Below are positions 38,346 through 44,215 of a stretch of 44,215 bases of DNA, piece by piece; positions within the stretch are counted from its first letter, which is position 1, and each line of letters begins with the position of its first letter. The stretch comes from Chitinophagales bacterium (GTDB taxonomy: Bacteria > Bacteroidota > Bacteroidia > Chitinophagales > Chitinophagaceae). Location: positions 1 through 44,215 of the forward strand of contig JAATGW010000175.1 of NCBI GenBank assembly GCA_015654495.1, written 5' to 3'. The notes under the pieces were generated by a model that worked only from the letters and a program-made list of their open reading frames with translations, ran no database searches and had not been told where the DNA came from. The translations under genes and the position numbers were made by a program.

Positions 38346-39731
38346 ATGAAGTCCGGCTCAAAAGCTTCCCTTTTTATTGAAAAGAGTAATACAAAAGCTG
38401 TTGATCTCGATCATCGCAGAAAAATCAAATTTAATATTGGTCGTTACGATGCCGTGGTTCCGAACGGGAAGAAACAGTTTTCCGATCTTTCCCGTGTGCG
38501 CGAAAAAGCAAAGAATACAAAATGGAAAGCATTAGAATCTCTTGATAAAAACCTTGAAGACTTTGAAAGAAATCTTCGACTTCGCGGAGGTATTACCATC
38601 TGGGCTGAAACTGCTGATGAAGCCTGTGAAGTAATAGGAGAAATCTGCAAAAAGAAAAATTGCAGATCAGTTGTGAAAAGCAAGAGCATGGTTACAGAGG
38701 AAATTCATCTTAATGATTTCCTGGAGAAAATGGGAATTGAAAGCGTAGAAACTGACCTCGGAGAATATATTCAGCAGCTGGATGGAGAAGCTCCTTATCA
38801 TATTGTTACTCCCGCTATGCATAAAAGTAAGGAAGATGTTGCCAGGTTATTTTCTGAGAAACTCAACACCGATCCGGGCCTGACTCCTGAACAATTAACC
38901 CTGGTGGCGAGGGAAAAACTTCGCAGGAAATATATTGAAGCCGAAATCGGAATCACAGGCGCGAATTTTCTTATTGCCGATACCGGAAGTATAGCACTCA
39001 CCGAAAACGAAGGTAATGGCAGGCTCAGTTCTGCATGGCCGAAAACACATATAGTCGTTGTAGGTATTGAAAAAATCATCCCCGCAATTACCGACCTGGC
39101 CCTATTCTGGCCACTGCTTGCAACATACGGTACAGGCCAGCAACTCACCGTTTATAATAGCATTATCAGCGGTCCGCGTCAGGCAAATGAAACTGATGGG
39201 CCTGATGAAATGTATGTGATCCTGCTCGACAACGGTCGTACAAATATTCTTGCTGACCCTGTTAGCAGGGAAAGCTTATATTGTATCCGTTGCGGCGCCT
39301 GCCTTAATGCCTGTCCGGTTTATAAAAATATTGGCGGGCACAGCTACGGAACCACCTATAGCGGACCCATTGGCAGCGTGATCACACCAAATCTGAAGGA
39401 TAAAGGCGACTGGAAGCATCTCAGTTATGCTTCATCGCTTTGTGGAAATTGTACGGAGGTTTGTGCCGTAAAAATCAACCTGCATGAGCTATTGCTGCAT
39501 AATAGAAATACAGCGGTGAAGGAAGGGAATAGCAGTCTTTCTGAAAGGTTAGCGTGGAAGCTTTGGAAAAAAGCATCTCTGAGTCGCAAATTGATGAATA
39601 GCGCTAACGGAGGAATAAAAAACGCTGTTGTGAATTCGGTTTTTCATGCCTGGACCAGGGGCCGCTCGCCTTTGAACTTTGCAAAAAAGACTTTTAATCA
39701 GCAATGGAAGGAGAAATACGGGAAGGAATAG
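38346..39731 (+). CDS. lutB: Lactate utilization Fe-S protein LutB/LldF
   Basis: KSKSMVTEE, ETDLGEYI, ENEGNGR, CIRCGACLNACPVY, SSLCGNCTEVC. Confidence 0.9.
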   Translation: MKSGSKASLFIEKSNTKAVDLDHRRKIKFNIGRYDAVVPNGKKQFSDLSRVREKAKNTKWKALESLDKNLEDFERNLRLRGGITIWAETADEACEVIGEICKKKNCRSVVKSKSMVTEEIHLNDFLEKMGIESVETDLGEYIQQLDGEAPYHIVTPAMHKSKEDVARLFSEKLNTDPGLTPEQLTLVAREKLRRKYIEAEIGITGANFLIADTGSIALTENEGNGRLSSAWPKTHIVVVGIEKIIPAITDLALFWPLLATYGTGQQLTVYNSIISGPRQANETDGPDEMYVILLDNGRTNILADPVSRESLYCIRCGACLNACPVYKNIGGHSYGTTYSGPIGSVITPNLKDKGDWKHLSYASSLCGNCTEVCAVKINLHELLLHNRNTAVKEGNSSLSERLAWKLWKKASLSRKLMNSANGGIKNAVVNSVFHAWTRGRSPLNFAKKTFNQQWKEKYGKE

Positions 39732-39782
39732 TAGGTAGTTTGATTTTTGCTGTATTTTAAATGTCATTTTTCAAAGTAATAC

Positions 39783-41102
39783 ATGCTTCTGATTTATTCT
39801 GATGCTCCGGGAAACAGATGGCCATATATCGCGAAGCTATTGATTGGCGAATTGGGTGGCTATGCATATAAGATTACAAACAATCAGAAAGAATTTATTG
39901 CCTTCAATGGCTGCAGGCTGAACTACTCCCGGAACCGGATAACCGAAGATGAGTTTCATATCATTCCTGCAGGATTATTATGGGAAGAAAATATCAGTGT
40001 TCAGAATATTGAAGTTTTTGATTGTAAGGATTATCCTGCTTTCTTTAAATCACCGGTTGAGAGTAACTGGCCATTCGACATCTTTGCCGCGTCATTTTTT
40101 CTTGTGAGCAGGTACGAGGAATATCTTCCTTTTACACCTGATGAGTACGGGCGTTACCCGCATACTGGTTCAGTTGCATATATAAACGGTTTCCTGCACA
40201 GGCCCCTTGTAAATGAATGGATAACAGGTTTAAAAAAGAAATTACTGAATTGGTTTCCGGCACTCTGGTCAACCGAAAATTTCTTCAGATTTATTCCCAC
40301 ATATGATATTGATATCGCTTACTCCTACCTCCATAAAGAATGGAAACTGAATTTAGCAGGAGCGATGAAATCTGTTTCCAGACTGGATTTCCGGGCATTG
40401 ACAGATAGAATACAGGTGCTTGCCGGAAACAGGAAAGATCCTTTCGATGTTTATGAGTGGCTTTATGCTTTGCATCTGAAATTCAGGTTGAAACCTGTAT
40501 ATTTTTTTCTGGTTGCAGAAAAACGGAAGGATTACGATCGGAATATTCTTCCGTCAGAGAAAGCCATGCAGGAATTGATCCAACATCATGCTCTTGGATA
40601 TAATATCGGAATACATCCATCATGGCAAAGTGGTGATGAGCCAGGACTGATCAATTCTGAAAAAAAATTACTGGAATGCATTACAGGGATGGATGTTGAA
40701 ACCAGTCGCCAACATTATATCCGTATGAAACTTCCGGAAACTTACAGGCTTCTGTTGGGAGCAGGTATAAAGAATGAGTATTCGATGGGTTATGGAAGTA
40801 TAAATGGTTTCAGAGCTTCCATCAGCAGCACCTATCAGTGGTATGACCTGGGATCAGAATCCGTGTCAGCATTGAATATATTTCCATATTGTTTTATGGT
40901 TGCCAACTCATTTTATGAGCAGAACTTTACTCCGGCCCAGGCTTAAGAAGAAATCAAATATTATCACGAGACAATAAAAAAAGTGAAAGGTCAGATGATT
41001 ATTATCTGGCATAATAATTTTTTCGGGACAGATCCTGCTTTCAAAGGCTGGCGGGAAGTATATGAGTTGTTTCTCCAGGAAGTTGTTTACTGGGATGTCT
41101 GA
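39783..41102 (+). pseudogene. Polysaccharide-deacetylase-like protein interrupted by an in-frame TAA at 40944-40946 (or a sequencing error)
   Basis: DIFAASFFLVSRYEEY, PTYDID, GIHPS, SRQHYIR, SMGY..GFRAS. The frame continues PAQA*EEIKYYHETIKKVKGQMIIIWHNNFFG..WREVYE..WDV* to 41102. Confidence 0.75.
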
Positions 41103-41113
41103 TGGAATCTGTT

Positions 41114-42121
41114 TCAGCTGGTTGTTTCTTCTGTTTCTCTTAAAGCCGATTTTTTAAAACCCGTATTTACAAGGTATACACCGAGAAGTGTAACCAGCGT
41201 ACCGCCGGCAATATATCCGTTCAGCTTTTCATTATTCAGCAACGCTCCAAGTATTACCGCGACAACCGGGTTTATATAACTGTATACCGAAGCCTGAGCA
41301 GCCGGTAATCTTTTCAATGCGTAAATAAATGCTGCGAATGTAATTATTGATCCAAAAAGTACAAGATATCCGATAGCATACCAACTCACGGGTTTGATCT
41401 CTCGGATGGGGATATGGAGCCCCGTTGCATAGGCAATCAACGTAAGGATAACGCCGCTAAGGAACATTTGCCAGCCCAGGCTATAGTAAGGATCAATATC
41501 TTTTGCATGTTTCACTGTGAATAGGGTACCGATAGCCCAGGTCATTGTTGCAGTAAGACCAAGGAAAATTCCTTTTGAGAAAGAAGAATTGAAAATAGCA
41601 TCCAGGTAATCAGAAAAAATAATCAGTATTCCACCAAAACCGATAACAAGCCCGACAATTGTAATCAGATTCAACTTTGTATCTCTGAAAATAAACAGGC
41701 TGAAAATGGCTATCCATATTGGAGAAATTGCACCGATAACTGAACCCAACCCGCTGGGCAGAAATTGCACCGACCAGGTGCTGAAACCATTACTAACAAC
41801 AAACATCAGTACACTCATCCATGTGAAACGAATGAGTTGAGACCAGCTGGGCCATTTATATCCTTTGATTGTAAAAAATAAGATGTAAAAAATTCCACCT
41901 GATAACTGCCTGATTCCGGCAAGCTGAAGCGCCGGCATATGTTCAATACCTTTTTTTGAAGCCAGCCATGTAGTTCCCCATAACAAGCTTACAACAGCTA
42001 CAGCCAGAAGTGCTTTTGTTTTTTCACTATGATTTCGCGGGCTTAGCGGTTGCAGAGAAGACCTGACGGTGTCGTACAGGTCATAGATCAACGCTTTTGT
42101 TCTAAACAACCCCGATCTCAT
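41114..42121 (-). CDS. EamA/DMT family transporter
   Basis: About 10 TM segments, LLWGTTWLA, SYINPVVAVILG..NE. Confidence 0.9.
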   Translation of the reverse strand: MRSGLFRTKALIYDLYDTVRSSLQPLSPRNHSEKTKALLAVAVVSLLWGTTWLASKKGIEHMPALQLAGIRQLSGGIFYILFFTIKGYKWPSWSQLIRFTWMSVLMFVVSNGFSTWSVQFLPSGLGSVIGAISPIWIAIFSLFIFRDTKLNLITIVGLVIGFGGILIIFSDYLDAIFNSSFSKGIFLGLTATMTWAIGTLFTVKHAKDIDPYYSLGWQMFLSGVILTLIAYATGLHIPIREIKPVSWYAIGYLVLFGSIITFAAFIYALKRLPAAQASVYSYINPVVAVILGALLNNEKLNGYIAGGTLVTLLGVYLVNTGFKKSALRETEETTS

Positions 42122-42136
42122 ATCATTGATTTAGTC

Positions 42137-43672
42137 TTAATGCCTGAAATGCCGCATGCCTGTAATTATCATCACCAGTCCATGATCCTTACAAAATGCT
42201 ATTGAGTCTTTATCCCGTATAGAACCACCTGGTTGTATAAACGAAGTAATCCCAGCTTCATAACTCATTTTAACGCAATCATCAAAGGGGAAGAATGCAT
42301 CGCTTGCCAGCACAGCGCCATTTAAATCAAAACCGGATTGTCTGGCTTTTTCAATTGCCTGCCTCAATGCATCTACGCGCGATGTTTGACCGCAACCCTT
42401 GCCGATTAACTGATAGTCCTTTACTAATGCTATCGCATTTGATCTAAGATGTTTGCATATGATATTTGCAAAAAGCAGATTTTCTTTTTCAGAATCGGTC
42501 GATTCTTTTCCACCCGCCTCTTCCCATTTTTCAATATTACCCTCGTCTGAATCCTGTTTCAATACTCCGTTCAGTATCGATTTGAACTGTTGCGCCGGAA
42601 CAAAAGGTTTCTTCTGCTGTACAAGAATTCTGTTCTTTTTTGCCTGAAGGATTACAAGCGCATCTTCAGAAAATCCCGGTGCAATCAGTACTTCAAAAAA
42701 TATCTCGCTGATAGCTTCTGCTGTTTCTTTGTTGATTTCCGCATTGCATACCAGCACTCCACCGAAAGCGCTTTCAGGATCTCCCGCAAGCGCGGCGTCC
42801 CAGGCTTCCTTCACAGTGGACCTTGAAGCAACGCCACAAACGTTTGTGTGTTTGATCACCGCAAATACAATCCCGGCAGTTTCAGCCTGCCCCGGAAAAC
42901 TGAACTCACTGATCAGCTGCATGGCAGCGTCCATGTCTACAAGATTATTGTACGATAATTCCTTGCCATGTAATTTGGTAAACCAGGGCTGGGTATCACC
43001 AAAAAATACTCCTTTCTGATGTGGGTTTTCACCATACCTCATCACTGCTGCATTGCCCGCAGAGAAAAAAAATGAAGATGATTTTTCTCTGTTGAAATAG
43101 TCAGAAATAGCGATGTCATATCCGGTAACAACATTAAAAGCTTTTACAGCAAAATCTTTCCGCTGGTCCAATGAAGTAGCGCCATCCTGATCTTCAAGAA
43201 TTTTTGTTATAACCGGGTACTCTGATTTTGATGCGATTACTACAAGGTCCCGGAAATTTTTTGCGGCCGCGCGTATCATCGACGGACCACCGATATCAAT
43301 TTTTTCAATGATCGCTTTTTCATCTGTTGTTTCACGAACAGTTTCTTCAAAAGGGTAGAGGTCTACAATTACCAGATCGATTTCGGGAATGCCATAGTCT
43401 TTCATTTCCTCCAGATCTGTATCTACATTTCTGCGGCCCAATATTCCACCAAAAATTTTGGGGTGAAGTGTTTTAACCCGCCCGCCTAAAATGGAAGGAT
43501 AGTCTGTAAGAGATTCTACAGGGATACAGGGGATACCCAGTTTTTCTATGTACGACTGGGTGCCTCCGGTTGAATATATGCTGATGCCTTTTTTATGCAA
43601 TTGTTGTACAACTTCATCTAAACCATCTTTGTAGAAAACTGAAATTAATGCTGACTGAATTTTCTTTTCCAT
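42137..43672 (-). CDS. purH: Bifunctional AICAR transformylase/IMP cyclohydrolase
   Basis: ALISV, STGGT, GGRVKTLHP, IDIGGPSMIRAAAKN, RYGENPHQ, KHTN, ASDAFFPF, QPGGSIRD, RHFRH. Start at the ATG at 43672. Confidence 0.97.
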   Translation of the reverse strand: MEKKIQSALISVFYKDGLDEVVQQLHKKGISIYSTGGTQSYIEKLGIPCIPVESLTDYPSILGGRVKTLHPKIFGGILGRRNVDTDLEEMKDYGIPEIDLVIVDLYPFEETVRETTDEKAIIEKIDIGGPSMIRAAAKNFRDLVVIASKSEYPVITKILEDQDGATSLDQRKDFAVKAFNVVTGYDIAISDYFNREKSSSFFFSAGNAAVMRYGENPHQKGVFFGDTQPWFTKLHGKELSYNNLVDMDAAMQLISEFSFPGQAETAGIVFAVIKHTNVCGVASRSTVKEAWDAALAGDPESAFGGVLVCNAEINKETAEAISEIFFEVLIAPGFSEDALVILQAKKNRILVQQKKPFVPAQQFKSILNGVLKQDSDEGNIEKWEEAGGKESTDSEKENLLFANIICKHLRSNAIALVKDYQLIGKGCGQTSRVDALRQAIEKARQSGFDLNGAVLASDAFFPFDDCVKMSYEAGITSFIQPGGSIRDKDSIAFCKDHGLVMIITGMRHFRH

Positions 43673-43714
43673 AAAACTTTGATATTGCTCAGGCATTCTA
43701 TTTAACTGCCTCAA

Positions 43715-44215
43715 CTATTCAGGAGATAAGGGTTGATTCCTGTTTGCCAGGCATGCGCCCAGTTCGGGCACAGAATGGAAGCGCAAATGTAGTTGTTCAG
43801 CCTCTTTTTTCCATTGCTGAATTTTCCACAGCGGATTTGTGGCGTCGGCGATAATCATTTTGCAATTCGTTTTATGGTACAATTCTTCAAGAGACAAACT
43901 GCAATTGCCCGATAGTAAGACCAGGGGAATTTCTGGTGAACCGGAAAGAGATCTGATGCCGGTTTTGTATAGCCGGATTAGACTAAGAGATCCGATTTCA
44001 ATTTTAATTACCGGATTTTCGGGGAAATGTCTGTACTCAATTTTTTTTATCCGGTAGGTGTACATCAGCGGTATAATATATTGATTGAGTTCCCTGTTGT
44101 TAAAGCAACTATCAGAGCTGAATAATTCCAGATTTGATTTGCTGATAATCCCTATTACGGTTTTCCCGGGCGTATGTAACACAGCAATTAACTCTTGTTG
44201 TTGAGTTTTGTGTTC
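43715..44215 (-). CDS. C-terminal part of a larger protein, probably ComEC/Rec2 (5' end outside the window)
   Basis: The frame is open to the window edge. The ending IIADATNPLWKIQQWKKEAEQLHLRFHSVPELGA resembles Bacteroidota ComEC C-termini. Confidence 0.55.
   Translation of the reverse strand, partial: EHKTQQQELIAVLHTPGKTVIGIISKSNLELFSSDSCFNNRELNQYIIPLMYTYRIKKIEYRHFPENPVIKIEIGSLSLIRLYKTGIRSLSGSPEIPLVLLSGNCSLSLEELYHKTNCKMIIADATNPLWKIQQWKKEAEQLHLRFHSVPELGACLANRNQPLSPE

Noticed and set aside
16058-40946. Genome-wide TAA reassignment
   Set aside because: Many intact genes here (lpxD, susC, susD, mutY, purH, HU) end at TAA at their expected C-termini.

Overview
The window is mostly core chromosome of a Bacteroidota bacterium. 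Gene content (gldH/gldE/gldD, SusC/SusD, TAnnTTTG promoters) and sequence style suggest Chitinophagaceae. Housekeeping genes include yicC, an lpxD-like acyltransferase, pheS, dacB, mutL, a GH3-serine hydrolase fusion, ricT/PSP1, holB, a glutathione peroxidase, comF, radA, rne/rng, HU, mutY, ssb, lutB, purH and the 3' end of comEC. No mobile element, CRISPR array, rRNA or tRNA was seen. The most interesting signal is non-coding. Two short minus-strand intergenic units 22 kb apart (about 1726-1803 and 24008-24066) each have a promoter-like motif and a terminator, and their unpaired cores are exact 17-nt reverse complements. This suggests an sRNA and anti-sRNA (sponge) pair, with a weak seed match at the susC start codon. 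Other points: a 31-aa bS22-like gene missing from the ORF track; two genes each interrupted by a single in-frame TAA after GCT; a hypothetical protein with class II aaRS-like motif order; inverted heptamer arrays between convergent genes; and a sigma54-like promoter with TGTCA/TGACA repeats.
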